DNA of 64,000 nt from Opitutales bacterium (GTDB taxonomy: Bacteria > Verrucomicrobiota > Verrucomicrobiia > Opitutales > PNEW01), in NCBI GenBank assembly GCA_965197745.1, contig CBDANS010000006.1:672001-736000 (forward strand). Reading direction: 5' to 3'. Position 1 is the stretch's first letter; the number at the start of each line of letters is the position of its first letter. The translations under genes and the position numbers were made by a program. The notes below the pieces were generated by a model. It did not search any database and was not told the DNA's origin. It was given only the letters and a program-made list of their open reading frames with translations. Shown here piece by piece: positions 1 through 9,864 of this stretch.

Positions 1-501
1 CGGCCGCCCTTTCCGCATTCTCACCGTTGTCGATCAGTATACCCGAGCTTGCCCACTGCTTCTGGCCGATACGTCCATCGGTGGTCATAAAGTCACTGCA
101 GCACTTACGAAAGCCGCTGAACGAATCGGTCTTCCCGAAACCATTACCGTCGATAATGGTCCTGAGTTTGCCGGCAAAGTAATGGATCAGTGGGCTTATG
201 GCCATGGCATCAAGCTGGATTTTATCCGGCCAGGTAAACCCGTAGAAAATGGCTATATAGAGAGCTTCAATGGACGCTTACGAGATGAACTTCTTAACAC
301 GGAGATATTTTGTACGCTGGCTGAAGTGAAAGAAAAACTTGAAACCTGGCGGCTTGATTATAATACTCAAAGACCACACAGCTCTCTGGGCTATCGGCCT
401 CCGGCCGAATACGCCCAAAGAGCCATGTCTAATCAAATCAAAACCCATACCACCCTGCCGGAACTAACACTGGCTCTGGTACAGTAATCGGGTGCAGGTC
501 A
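1..501 (+). mobile_element. IS3-family insertion sequence, right part (IS407-like), ending at the right inverted repeat ...GGTGCAGGTCA
   Basis: Integrase-core ORF followed at once by an IS3-type end CTAACACTGGCTCTGGTACAGTAATCGGGTGCAGGTCA (ends at 501, terminal CA). Confidence 0.85.
2..487 (+). CDS. IS3-family transposase OrfB, C-terminal part (5' end outside the window)
   Basis: Frame is open from base 2: [15 protein letters not shown]...TVDNGPEF...[20 protein letters not shown]...[12 protein letters not shown] (DDE motifs). Confidence 0.93.
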   Translation, partial: GRPFRILTVVDQYTRACPLLLADTSIGGHKVTAALTKAAERIGLPETITVDNGPEFAGKVMDQWAYGHGIKLDFIRPGKPVENGYIESFNGRLRDELLNTEIFCTLAEVKEKLETWRLDYNTQRPHSSLGYRPPAEYAQRAMSNQIKTHTTLPELTLALVQ

Positions 502-765
502 AAACCACTCTGTCGATAGACTTCTAAGTTCATGTTGTTTGAGATATGACATATTTATCGACCGACTACTTGTGCAGCAAGAAACGACTTTAAATCACTG
601 ATATCTCGCTCAAAGTCGATTTCATCTATAGTATACGACATTGCGGTCTTTCGTATAGCATACCGCTCATCGACTCATCTGCACAACACAATTTGTAAGA
701 TAGTGTCATGGTCGTATGGTCATTTTAATTTCTTCCAAACCAATCATTCTGACAGGGAATTCTTA

Positions 766-1407
766 TTAAGAATTATCTTCAGACATTTTAGCAATTCTCT
801 GGAAAGCTGTGGGGGGCGGACCTTTTATGAGGTGCTGTAAGATGACTTCTGCACATTGATCTGGACTCGTAGAAGAAGTGTCGACTTCAATGTCATATAT
901 GCCTGGGGTATGAACTTCATGCTCCCACTTGTGAAGAATATCTGGCGGAGGAGCGTCTTCCGGAATTTCCTTTCCTTTAAGCCATGTATTTCGACGACGT
1001 TCCCATACGATTCCGATAGGACACCGAACACCCACCAATAGCACGGGTAGTCCTTTCAAACGTTGGGCACTATCGGCAAGGATCCCTAGGGGTTTCGAGT
1101 AAGCGTCATGATGTCCGACATCTACAGTCACGTTTAAACCCAATCTGCTATGTGCGGCTATAGATTCATACATCGCTGCGTATAGCACAGTGATGAGAGG
1201 TTCGAGATCCGGTCGCTCTCCGCCAGGCCGCAATCCGATTGAGGGACTATAACGCTTTGGTATAATGTGGTTCTTGAATGGATCGACCCCCATGTTCATC
1301 CAGGGGCCATCAAAAGTTTCCTGGATCACCGCAGCAATGCTGGACTTACCTGATCGAGGGGTCCCATTCAAAATAACAATTTGTCCAATATCATTTGCTT
1401 GTGTCAT
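766..1407 (-). CDS. Chloramphenicol phosphotransferase-like P-loop kinase
   Basis: IVILNGTPRSGKSS P-loop, VGVRCP, HTPGIYDIEVDTS; 213 aa. Confidence 0.8.
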   Translation of the reverse strand: MTQANDIGQIVILNGTPRSGKSSIAAVIQETFDGPWMNMGVDPFKNHIIPKRYSPSIGLRPGGERPDLEPLITVLYAAMYESIAAHSRLGLNVTVDVGHHDAYSKPLGILADSAQRLKGLPVLLVGVRCPIGIVWERRRNTWLKGKEIPEDAPPPDILHKWEHEVHTPGIYDIEVDTSSTSPDQCAEVILQHLIKGPPPTAFQRIAKMSEDNS

Positions 1408-1532
1408 TATACTTCCTTTCTACTGATAGTAGCGTTCTAATAATTGATAAACTTCAGACACTTATCAGAGAGTTCTTCAAAAGGGGATATCGCTTCCACG
1501 TCTATTGTAACTAACCCCAGCACTTGAAGTTT

Positions 1533-2219
1533 TCAAAAATCAACGAAGTACCGGTAGTCTCGTTTGTCGGTATCTTTGGCTGTGCGCAGAACAACCCAAT
1601 GGTGCTTATCGTTCAGCGTATCCATGTCCTCGATCGTCCAGTCTAGATTGGTCACGAAGAAGGACACTGCCCGTTTGATCCCCGGCAAGTTGTAGTCGTC
1701 CAGAATAATTATTCCTCCCTTGCGCACTAGACGCCCGAGGTAGAATAAGTCCAGGAAGACTGCGTCGAAGCGATGGTTGCCATCAATAAACCCTAGGTCA
1801 TAACTTCGATCTTCATTCAGAAACTGAGGAAGTGCAATTTGAGATTCTTGAGCATGGTATTCAACAAGCTGCTTGACTCCTGCTTCCTCAAGGTTCTGCA
1901 GTCCACAGTTGGCAAATCGCCCTGCTTGATTAGGGTCTAGCACAACATGCCGAGCAGTTTGATCTCCAATCATGAGTAAACCCATACAGATAAAAAGTGC
2001 AGAGATTCCATAGCCCAGACCAATCTCGATCGTCTGCGTTGAACCTTCTCGGGATACCCATTTCAGCAACGCTTCACCTTCCCCTGTGCTTACACCTACG
2101 GGGAAGACCCTATGCGTTGTGCCATTCGAATTCGCTACAACGGATCCATCCTTGGATAATCTTTCAATTACTTTACGTACCTGTTGAATCGCTATATCTT
2201 TATTCATTGTATCCTCCAT
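1533..2219 (-). CDS. Class I SAM-dependent methyltransferase (Methyltransf_24-like)
   Basis: IEIGLGYGIS, FIDGNHRF, GGIIILDD. Confidence 0.8.
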   Translation of the reverse strand: MEDTMNKDIAIQQVRKVIERLSKDGSVVANSNGTTHRVFPVGVSTGEGEALLKWVSREGSTQTIEIGLGYGISALFICMGLLMIGDQTARHVVLDPNQAGRFANCGLQNLEEAGVKQLVEYHAQESQIALPQFLNEDRSYDLGFIDGNHRFDAVFLDLFYLGRLVRKGGIIILDDYNLPGIKRAVSFFVTNLDWTIEDMDTLNDKHHWVVLRTAKDTDKRDYRYFVDF

Positions 2220-2233
2220 GCGATTGTCATGTA

Positions 2234-3489
2234 TTAATCCGAATACCCATGATAGTTTGCGATCGCCAAACCGGCTGCAATGCCGGTGAAGGCATCGAAC
2301 TCAATCAGCTTTCGGGGGAATATGCTCTGCAACAGGTCTTGAACGGGTGGTAGCTTCGAAGAGCCACCGGTACAGATCACTGAGTCGATTCCATTAACGT
2401 CGCACCCTGACGATGAAAGCAGTTTCTCAATCGCATCATAAATTTTCGACAACATCTCTTCCATATATTGGTGCAACGCCTTTCGGGTGATCGTCACTCG
2501 GAGCTCGAGCTCGGGTACCCAGATTACGGATTCATGATCCTTGGTGAGTCCAATCTTGGCCTCCTCAATTGCCTGAAAGACCCTGTAGGATAGATTCAGA
2601 GAGATCAATCGTAGCAATCGAACTAGTTTCTGCTTCGTCTTCCCTTTTTCACGCATACCATGGGTGATCAATTCACGGAGTTCACTCCGGTTGAGTTCGT
2701 GTGTATGCTGCCAGATGAGCAGCCGTTCGGCAAATTCCCCGAATCGAAACGTTACCTTTTTTTCATCGCCGATGCTTTTGCTCGTAATTAACGCTCGCTC
2801 GCCCAGTTCCGGGAATACGGCTCTCCGATAAATCAGCTTATCAATATCATCCCCGCCCAATTCGAGTCCCAGTGTGCCCAGAATCTTGAATGCCTTCGTG
2901 GTCGTCCTCAAAATGCAAAGGTCAAGCGTACCCCCGCCAAAGTCGAACGTCAGGTAGGTTCTGTCGGGGCGCGATTCGGCCCGATGCAGGAAGCTCAAAG
3001 ATGCAGCGACCGGCTCTGGATAAAAGGAAGCATTCGAGAAACCGGCAAAAGCACACGCAGGGACCGATCGAATACATTGATGTCGGTCAGCGAAGCATCC
3101 CCAAGCCAGGTCTTGATACTTCGAAAAAGGCGGCTCGGGAGGTGTGTATCGGTAAATGCGTGCACCTTAATCCAGTCCTCAAAGTAACCAGCCATTGTAC
3201 CTATGCTCAAAAGGAATTCGCCCGCCTCTTCCTTCTCTAATCGGATCCTCCTTCCCCTGTTGTCATCCAAGTAGGATTCTATCGCATGATGTCCAATACG
3301 GGGGAAAAAGTCGCGGTTTAGATACAGCGCACTCGGCAGTACTGCGGGAACGGCAGCGGCGGCGTCCAGATTGAGCATCCGGAGATTTTTCCCGTCGAAT
3401 ATGGCAACCGATGAATTTGTCGTACCGAAATCAACGCCCACCCCGATTCTGTTCGGACTGCGGTGAAGATAGGAGGGGCCTATGGGCAT
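2234..3489 (-). pseudogene. yegD: YegD-like Hsp70-family protein, split by an internal deletion/frameshift near 3055
   Basis: N-terminal part has GVDFGTTNS. A second frame reads ACAFAGFSNASFYPEPVAASLSFL...FDFGGGTLD...LGGDDID...CTGGSS. The segment expected between them appears to be missing. Confidence 0.7.
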
Positions 3490-3717
3490 GCGGGCAAAAG
3501 GTTTGGTGGCGTCAACTTTCCTGAAAACTGAGGAATTAGACTATACAACCTTTTGTCCGATATTATTCAAGCACAAATTTACATAAATACTTTATAGTAA
3601 ACCTCTTATAAATAAATACTAACAGCGAAAAACAATACTGTCAAGTTCTGATTCGTTCCTCTTCGTCTAATGCACTTCGAGTTAGAAGGGGTCAGGGCTT
3701 GTGGGTTTTTGAGAGGG

Positions 3718-3762
3718 TTGAGCGCAGCAAAATTCCCGTCCGGCTAAATGCCATTGTTATCT
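3718..3762 (-). other. Half attC-like site (left arm only)
   Basis: Minus strand AGATAAC-AATGGCATTTAGCCGGACGGGAATTTTGCTGCGCTC resembles the start of an attC; no complementary arm follows. Confidence 0.4.
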
Positions 3763-3839
3763 AAATTCTACACTTTCACGGACTATATAATATTTCTTGA
3801 AAGCCAATTGTATGCATACTCTCTTTCTTGATCCGTATG

Positions 3840-4655
3840 TTAGGTCGCAATTGAACTGCCCACAACTTCTGGACGATATGCAACCCAAAACTTAATCCAG
3901 GGTGGTATTACTGTGACGAGATGATCCCAGCTGCCTGGCTCAGCATCAAGATTATATTCCCCGAGTCCAAATTCCTTCACCTTTACTAAAACGAATCCAC
4001 AGCTAAGTAACCCATTGATAAGTGTGCTTAGGGTTTGACGGTATTCACGCGGACCTGGAATTTCTGGCTTATCCACGCCTGCCTGGAATACCCAGTCTTC
4101 GTCTCTATACGTAATCTCAGAACCATCCTGATAATATTGGCGGAGAGTATATCCATCGCCGTTCCAATCCCCTGTTCCTATACCAAGCGCGAATGGATTG
4201 GCTGCCATAAAATGGTATATTCCATCCTTTCGAAGAACCCGTGCGACTTCTCGAAAGACATCATACGAGGATGGAACGAAGTTTAGCGAGTAAGGATGCC
4301 ATACGAGGTCAAATGAATCGTCTTCGAACGTTGACAGGTCACGCATATCGCCCTGAACAGTTTTAATTTCAACATCGTAGTGTCGGGCTACTGCCTGGTC
4401 CTTTTCAAGCTGACCGTCAGATATATCAAGCACGGTCACCTTCGCTCCCAAGACAGAAAAAGCAGCCGACTGTTGGCCACCGCCACCACCCAGACAGAGG
4501 ACACTCTTTCTTGTGACGTCGCCGACAACATCATCCAGGTTTAGTTTTTCTCTAGCTGAACTATCGTCGAGATCGAGCCACGGCCTGGTAAACAAAGCGC
4601 CTGCCCTAACAAGAGCCTCCCACCGCTCTTTGTTGTATTTGTAAACGTTATCCAT
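3840..4655 (-). CDS. Class I SAM-dependent methyltransferase, bounded by cassette-type core sites
   Basis: VLCLGGGGGQQS, DISDGQL, QGDMRDL; flanked by a 14-bp inverted repeat containing GTTAGGT/ACCTAAC (3836-3849, 4671-4684). Confidence 0.85.
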   Translation of the reverse strand: MDNVYKYNKERWEALVRAGALFTRPWLDLDDSSAREKLNLDDVVGDVTRKSVLCLGGGGGQQSAAFSVLGAKVTVLDISDGQLEKDQAVARHYDVEIKTVQGDMRDLSTFEDDSFDLVWHPYSLNFVPSSYDVFREVARVLRKDGIYHFMAANPFALGIGTGDWNGDGYTLRQYYQDGSEITYRDEDWVFQAGVDKPEIPGPREYRQTLSTLINGLLSCGFVLVKVKEFGLGEYNLDAEPGSWDHLVTVIPPWIKFWVAYRPEVVGSSIAT

Positions 4656-4845
4656 TCGGGATTGTCTTAATGCGACCTAACATATTGTAGGCAGCGTCTA
4701 CGCATCTGCCGATTGGGTATCATATTCTTTGAAGCGATAGGAACAAGAGAATTTGTAAACTCCTATGCTGAGCTCACTAATCACTGTGGCTTGAGAATGC
4801 TAAGGAGCAGCATCTATCAGACATTCATCAAAGTTTATTCATCAT

Positions 4846-4888
4846 ATACCTTGACATTCGACATATAATATGTCGAATGTCAAGGTAT
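4846..4888. promoter_or_regulatory. Perfect 43-bp palindrome overlapping the padR promoter and start codon (probable PadR operator)
   Basis: ATACCTTGACATTCGACATAT-A-ATATGTCGAATGTCAAGGTAT; contains TTGACA at 4851. Confidence 0.7.
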
Positions 4889-5219
4889 GCCAAAAGATAA
4901 AATGGATTTACTACAAGGTACCCTCGATATGTTGATATTGAGGATTCTCGCTTCTGGTAGCCGTCATGGCTATGACATTGCTAAACGGATACAGATTATC
5001 TCTGGTGAAGTGTTACATGTTGGGCAGGGTTCTCTCTATCCCGCATTACATCGCCTAGAAAAGCGTGGATTCATTCGCGCTATATGGAGAGATTCGGAAA
5101 CAGGTCGCAGGGCAAAGTTTTACTCGCTGACAACTGACGGGAAGAGAAAAATCACCGAACAGGAAGCTTACTGGAATGATTTCAGTAACGCCGTAAATTT
5201 AATTCTTAAAAAGGGTTAG
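4887..5219 (+). CDS. PadR-family transcriptional regulator (type found with ADOP permeases)
   Basis: LLQGTLDMLILRIL...HGYDIA...GSLYPALHRLE...RRAKFYSLT. Confidence 0.92.
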   Translation: MPKDKMDLLQGTLDMLILRILASGSRHGYDIAKRIQIISGEVLHVGQGSLYPALHRLEKRGFIRAIWRDSETGRRAKFYSLTTDGKRKITEQEAYWNDFSNAVNLILKKG

Positions 5220-5230
5220 TCCTACGCTAA

Positions 5231-7942
5231 ATGAATTTATTTAGACAGCTTCTTTTTTCCCTACGTGCACTCTTTCGCAGTAATGTGAAGCATGAAGAAC
5301 TGGATGATGAAGTTCAATTTCATCTGGAAATGTTAATTGAAGACTTTAAACGCGAGGGTATGAGCCAGGAGGAAGCGCGCAAAGCAGCCCTGCGAAGTTT
5401 TGGAAATAGAGAGCAAATCAAAGAAGAATGTCGTGAAGCTTGGGGAGTAAGCATTTTTAATAACTTCATACGTGATGTACGATATGGCTTTCGACAATTA
5501 TGGAAAAATAAAGGTTTTAGTATAGTCGTAGTGTTTGCTTTATCGATTGGTATTGGGCTGGTAGTTACCATATTTAGTATCGTAAACGGATATATCATTA
5601 GAGGTCTACCATTCGACGAATCAGACAGGCTTTTTCATTTGAAATGGAATAACGTCAATAGCCACGTGCAAAAATCCAGGCCCGAATTATTGATAAATGT
5701 CTATGACCTTAATGATTTCCAGGAACAACAGACGACCTTTGAAGGGCTTAGTTGCTCCGACAATTCCATTATAAATATAAAGGGTGATGATTACGCGCGT
5801 CGTTATAACGGTTGTTCAATCTCAACTAATTTCCTTGATATACTACGTGCCAAACCTCTATTAGGGCGCGGGTTTTTTAAGGGTGAAGACCTGCCGGGTG
5901 CCGAGAATGTAGTGATTATCAGCTATGGAATCTGGCAGAAAGACTTTAGCGGTGATCCTGACATTATTGGTCGATCTATGCTTTTAAACAGTGTACCACA
6001 CGCCATCGTAGGCGTGATGCCTCATGATTTTAATTTTCCCCGGAGGGCAGAACTTTGGTTTCCTTATCGTAAAAACTTAACTTTAGTAGAAAGAAAAGAT
6101 AGTGATAAGTTGACTGTTTTTGGTAGGTTGAAAGATGGCGTCACCGTTGACGAAGCATTAACAGAACTTAATGGAATAGCCAGTCGCTTAGAACAGGAAT
6201 ATCCTGATAGCAATAAGGGGTATAACTCCATCGAGATTAAACCTTATATTAAGGAACTAATTGGCGGAGGTAGAATGGCTACAAGATTAATAACCATGCT
6301 CGTTCTAGCATTTATGGTGCTGCTAATTGCCTACTCTAATGTAGCGAATTTGCTTTATGCCAGATCTATCTTACGCAGCAAGGAACTCGCTCTACAAAGT
6401 GCAATAGGTGCAACTAGAAAAAGAATTATCACTCAAATCCTAACCGAGAGTCTGTTAATAGCAATAATCGGTGCAGTTTGTGGCTTTCTTATAGCGAATA
6501 GGGCTTTAGATTTTTTATGGAAATATTATTTGGTCATGATTCAGGGACTAGAATGCCCATCATGGATTAATTTTGAAATGGATGGCGCCGTATTTTTCTT
6601 TGTCATCGGTCTAACTGTTCTGACCGTCTTTATCTCGGGAATGGTGCCGGCGCTTCAGGTATCTAAAACTGATGTAAATCAATTACTAAAGGAAAATGCC
6701 CGCACTTCCTCCAGTTTAAGTTCGGGTAGTTTTAATAAGTTTTTAGTCATTGTACAAATTGGCATATCCTGTGGGCTCCTAATAGGTTCAGGATTGCTTG
6801 TAAAATCATTATTAAAACAAACCGATATCGATTTACCCTATAATCCTAAAAACATATTCAAGGCGAGCACTTCATTATTCGACACCGACTATCCTAATGA
6901 TTTAGATAAAATCACATTTTTAAAAACCTTTCAAAATAATTTTAAAGCTATTCCAGGAATTGAGGCTGTCGCATTTACTACATCCCTTTTTGAACCGATG
7001 ACTTTGATCAGGTTTATTGCGATTGATGGAGTGAGTTATGCAACAGAGGATGTAACAAAGGATGATTACCCGCGTGTTCATTGTGCAGGTATTTCCAGCG
7101 ATTACTTCGATATCTTGGGAGTTTCTGTATTAGAAGGAAGGTCGTTTAATGATACCGACACTGCTGAATCGCAACAGGTAGCTATAGTTAACACTCTATT
7201 TGCCAATAAATATTGGCCGGATCAAAGTCCGATCGGTAAACGGTTTAAAGTAAAGCGACCTGTCGAGAAACCTTGGTTAACCGTTGTCGGTGTTGCTCCA
7301 GATTTAACAATGGAAGGTCTAAATACTGATACTAGCGATGGCGCAGGATTTTATGTCCCTATGGCTCAGGAGACCACTTTTGTTTTTAATATAGGCGCAC
7401 GCCATATGACTCTCCTTCTAAGAGGAATAGGTGGCGATCCTATGAATTGGTTACCAACTGTACGTGAAGAGCTGATAAAATTAAATCCTAATCAACCTCT
7501 TTATAAAATTAAAACCATTCAAGATTCTATCGATGATAATTTCCGATGGTTAAAATTTAACATAGGGCTTTTCATTACATTTGGTATCGCAGCATTTCTC
7601 CTCGCTGTCATTGGTGTATACGGAGTCATGACGTTTTCAGTAAATCAGCGCACTCATGAAATAGGAATCCGCAAAGCATTGGGTGCAGAACCTCAAAAAA
7701 TAATTGCGATGATAATTAAGCAAAGTAGTGCTCAAATAAGCATTGGAATATTTATTGGATTGCTATTCGCACTAGCACTATCCCAAGTATTAAACAGTGC
7801 ATTTATGGATTTTTCACCCAATGACATTACGGTCTATATAACTGTAATTGCATTAATTGCATTTGCCGGATTGTTTTCAGCCTGGTTACCAGCGCGAGTA
7901 GCTGCCCGTGTTGATCCAATAGTGGCAATTCGTTACGAGTAA
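5231..7942 (+). CDS. ADOP-type duplicated MacB/FtsX ABC permease
   Basis: Permease prefix ELDDEVQFHLE...ALRSFG, DVRYGFRQL, two FtsX units, QRTHEIGIRKALGA, PARVAARVDP; no ATPase gene adjacent. Confidence 0.9.
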   Translation: MNLFRQLLFSLRALFRSNVKHEELDDEVQFHLEMLIEDFKREGMSQEEARKAALRSFGNREQIKEECREAWGVSIFNNFIRDVRYGFRQLWKNKGFSIVVVFALSIGIGLVVTIFSIVNGYIIRGLPFDESDRLFHLKWNNVNSHVQKSRPELLINVYDLNDFQEQQTTFEGLSCSDNSIINIKGDDYARRYNGCSISTNFLDILRAKPLLGRGFFKGEDLPGAENVVIISYGIWQKDFSGDPDIIGRSMLLNSVPHAIVGVMPHDFNFPRRAELWFPYRKNLTLVERKDSDKLTVFGRLKDGVTVDEALTELNGIASRLEQEYPDSNKGYNSIEIKPYIKELIGGGRMATRLITMLVLAFMVLLIAYSNVANLLYARSILRSKELALQSAIGATRKRIITQILTESLLIAIIGAVCGFLIANRALDFLWKYYLVMIQGLECPSWINFEMDGAVFFFVIGLTVLTVFISGMVPALQVSKTDVNQLLKENARTSSSLSSGSFNKFLVIVQIGISCGLLIGSGLLVKSLLKQTDIDLPYNPKNIFKASTSLFDTDYPNDLDKITFLKTFQNNFKAIPGIEAVAFTTSLFEPMTLIRFIAIDGVSYATEDVTKDDYPRVHCAGISSDYFDILGVSVLEGRSFNDTDTAESQQVAIVNTLFANKYWPDQSPIGKRFKVKRPVEKPWLTVVGVAPDLTMEGLNTDTSDGAGFYVPMAQETTFVFNIGARHMTLLLRGIGGDPMNWLPTVREELIKLNPNQPLYKIKTIQDSIDDNFRWLKFNIGLFITFGIAAFLLAVIGVYGVMTFSVNQRTHEIGIRKALGAEPQKIIAMIIKQSSAQISIGIFIGLLFALALSQVLNSAFMDFSPNDITVYITVIALIAFAGLFSAWLPARVAARVDPIVAIRYE

Positions 7943-8034
7943 CTTATTTTTTGGTTATTTTACTATGTCAATGGATGTTCAACTGCCAGATATTCCTAAA
8001 AAGAAGCACAGGTAACATATGAATTAATTATAAA

Positions 8035-9756
8035 ATGAATATTAAAAAAGAATTATTGGTCATATGGGCATTAGTTATATCTTCTGCATTGCTCAGAGCG
8101 GCACCACAAGATCAACAGGTATTTACCGATTGGGAGGATGTTCCTCTTAATGTAGAATTTCCCAATCCGGAGGATATTCCAGAAGATATTGTAATAGGCA
8201 TTTCACCTAATAGTGTAGAGTTTGATGGTGGATTGGTGATTGAATCTCTTTTTTTCTTCCCCATCACTTTCTCCCAAGAGAATATATGGTATATCTTAAA
8301 TGGTCAGACGGGAACAATCACTTTTGAAACGCCAGCTTTTGAGGTGCAATTCTACGCAGCGAATTTCATTGCGGAAGATGGTTCAATCGAAGTATTTGAT
8401 ACCGATAATAATTTACTTATCAGGGTAGAGGAACTACCGTCAAACATTAACCCAGTAGAAACTCCCAACCCTCAATTCTTTAGTTTCAATTCCAATGAAT
8501 TAGGTGCACCTGGAGGTATTGGAAAGATCCTATTAAAAGATAATGCAGAGATAATCGCCGATTTTTTTACGGGATTTGTGAATAGTTTTACTGCCATCGA
8601 CGATTTTGGATTTACCCCAATCGCGAATTTTGAACCACCACCGGTAGGCACGCCTTCAATCACTATCCAACCCGTTAGTCAGGAAGTGCAGTCCGGCGCT
8701 ACAGTAAGCTTGTCCGTTGACGCCAATGGCGACGATCTCACCTACCAGTGGTATATTGGCAACAGCGGCGATACTGCCAACCCCGTCGCCGCGGCCACCG
8801 GCAGCACCTTCACCACCGGTGCGCTCACCGCGAGCACAAGCTTCTGGGTGCAGATTACGAACGCCGGTGGTAGCACTGACAGCGATACCGCGGTCATTAC
8901 CGTAGCAGCTCCTTCGGTGCCACTCGTTCTCGACGGCTCGGGTGATATAGCTGGGGAAAACATCCAGCATCCCAACGGGAACATATTTGACCAGATCCTG
9001 CTTACCGGGGAAAGCATCAAGCTCCAGGCAAAACCGGGACAGATCACCCGCGTCTCTTTCATGGACGAAACCGAGGACATTGTACAGGTAGAGTTCTCAG
9101 GGGCAGGGACCTTTACCGTAACCCTGGACCCGGCCACCTTCCTGCCCCCGGCCATACCCCCGCGCTATAACCAGGCGGTGGAGTACGTGACCGGCAAACC
9201 GAGCGTGGTGATCGATGGAGCCGACTCCAGTACCTTTTTCAGTATCTTTACCGTGGGAAGGATCAACGCGGTGAACCAGGCGCTGTTCCCCGAGGGACAG
9301 GTCTATGACGCCCAAGCGGACGTAACCGTGGTGGAAGTGATCAACTCCACGGGAATGGGAGGGATGCAGTTATCGAACACGGTGTTCAGTGGAAGCACCG
9401 GCAAGGTGGGCGTCGATGCACGCGGGGTACCAATCGGGGTACGCTTAACCGTAGGCGACATCGATGCTGATGGCGATGCAGTACCGCACCTATTGTTCGG
9501 CACAGGATCGTTCACCGTGCCGGCGAACAATACCGGGCTGCGGATTACCGGAGGCGACCTGGCGCAGACAAATGGAGCATCAATCGTGGTCGCGGAGAGC
9601 GGATCGACGATAACCGGCTTTGATGAGACCTTGATCACCCAGAATAACTTTAAGTCCGACAACACCCCACAGCCGACACAGAGCATTAATGCGACGTTTG
9701 TGAATGAGGATGGTGAGGAAATCTCTGTCATTGTGGATGAGGTGACGATTGAGTGA
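8035..9756 (+). CDS. Secreted protein: N-terminal beta domain + Ig-like domain + conserved ~280-aa C-terminal domain (copy 1)
   Basis: Signal peptide; PSITIQPVSQ...LTYQWY Ig-like repeat; C-terminal domain from LVLDGSGD (~8923) shared with genes at 45592 and 56964. Confidence 0.8.
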   Translation: MNIKKELLVIWALVISSALLRAAPQDQQVFTDWEDVPLNVEFPNPEDIPEDIVIGISPNSVEFDGGLVIESLFFFPITFSQENIWYILNGQTGTITFETPAFEVQFYAANFIAEDGSIEVFDTDNNLLIRVEELPSNINPVETPNPQFFSFNSNELGAPGGIGKILLKDNAEIIADFFTGFVNSFTAIDDFGFTPIANFEPPPVGTPSITIQPVSQEVQSGATVSLSVDANGDDLTYQWYIGNSGDTANPVAAATGSTFTTGALTASTSFWVQITNAGGSTDSDTAVITVAAPSVPLVLDGSGDIAGENIQHPNGNIFDQILLTGESIKLQAKPGQITRVSFMDETEDIVQVEFSGAGTFTVTLDPATFLPPAIPPRYNQAVEYVTGKPSVVIDGADSSTFFSIFTVGRINAVNQALFPEGQVYDAQADVTVVEVINSTGMGGMQLSNTVFSGSTGKVGVDARGVPIGVRLTVGDIDADGDAVPHLLFGTGSFTVPANNTGLRITGGDLAQTNGASIVVAESGSTITGFDETLITQNNFKSDNTPQPTQSINATFVNEDGEEISVIVDEVTIE

Positions 9757-9864
9757 ACAACCCTTCAAGGGGTAATCTCTAAGCATACCTTAGCTAATCA
9801 AAACGCTGTCAATGCTCACTAAAGCTTGTGCATGCCAAGATGTAGCATTAACTGGCGATGTCCT

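Noticed and set aside
4851..4869. TTGACA plus TATAAT as a consensus promoter
   Set aside because: Only 7 bp apart; the TATAAT is the centre of the palindrome
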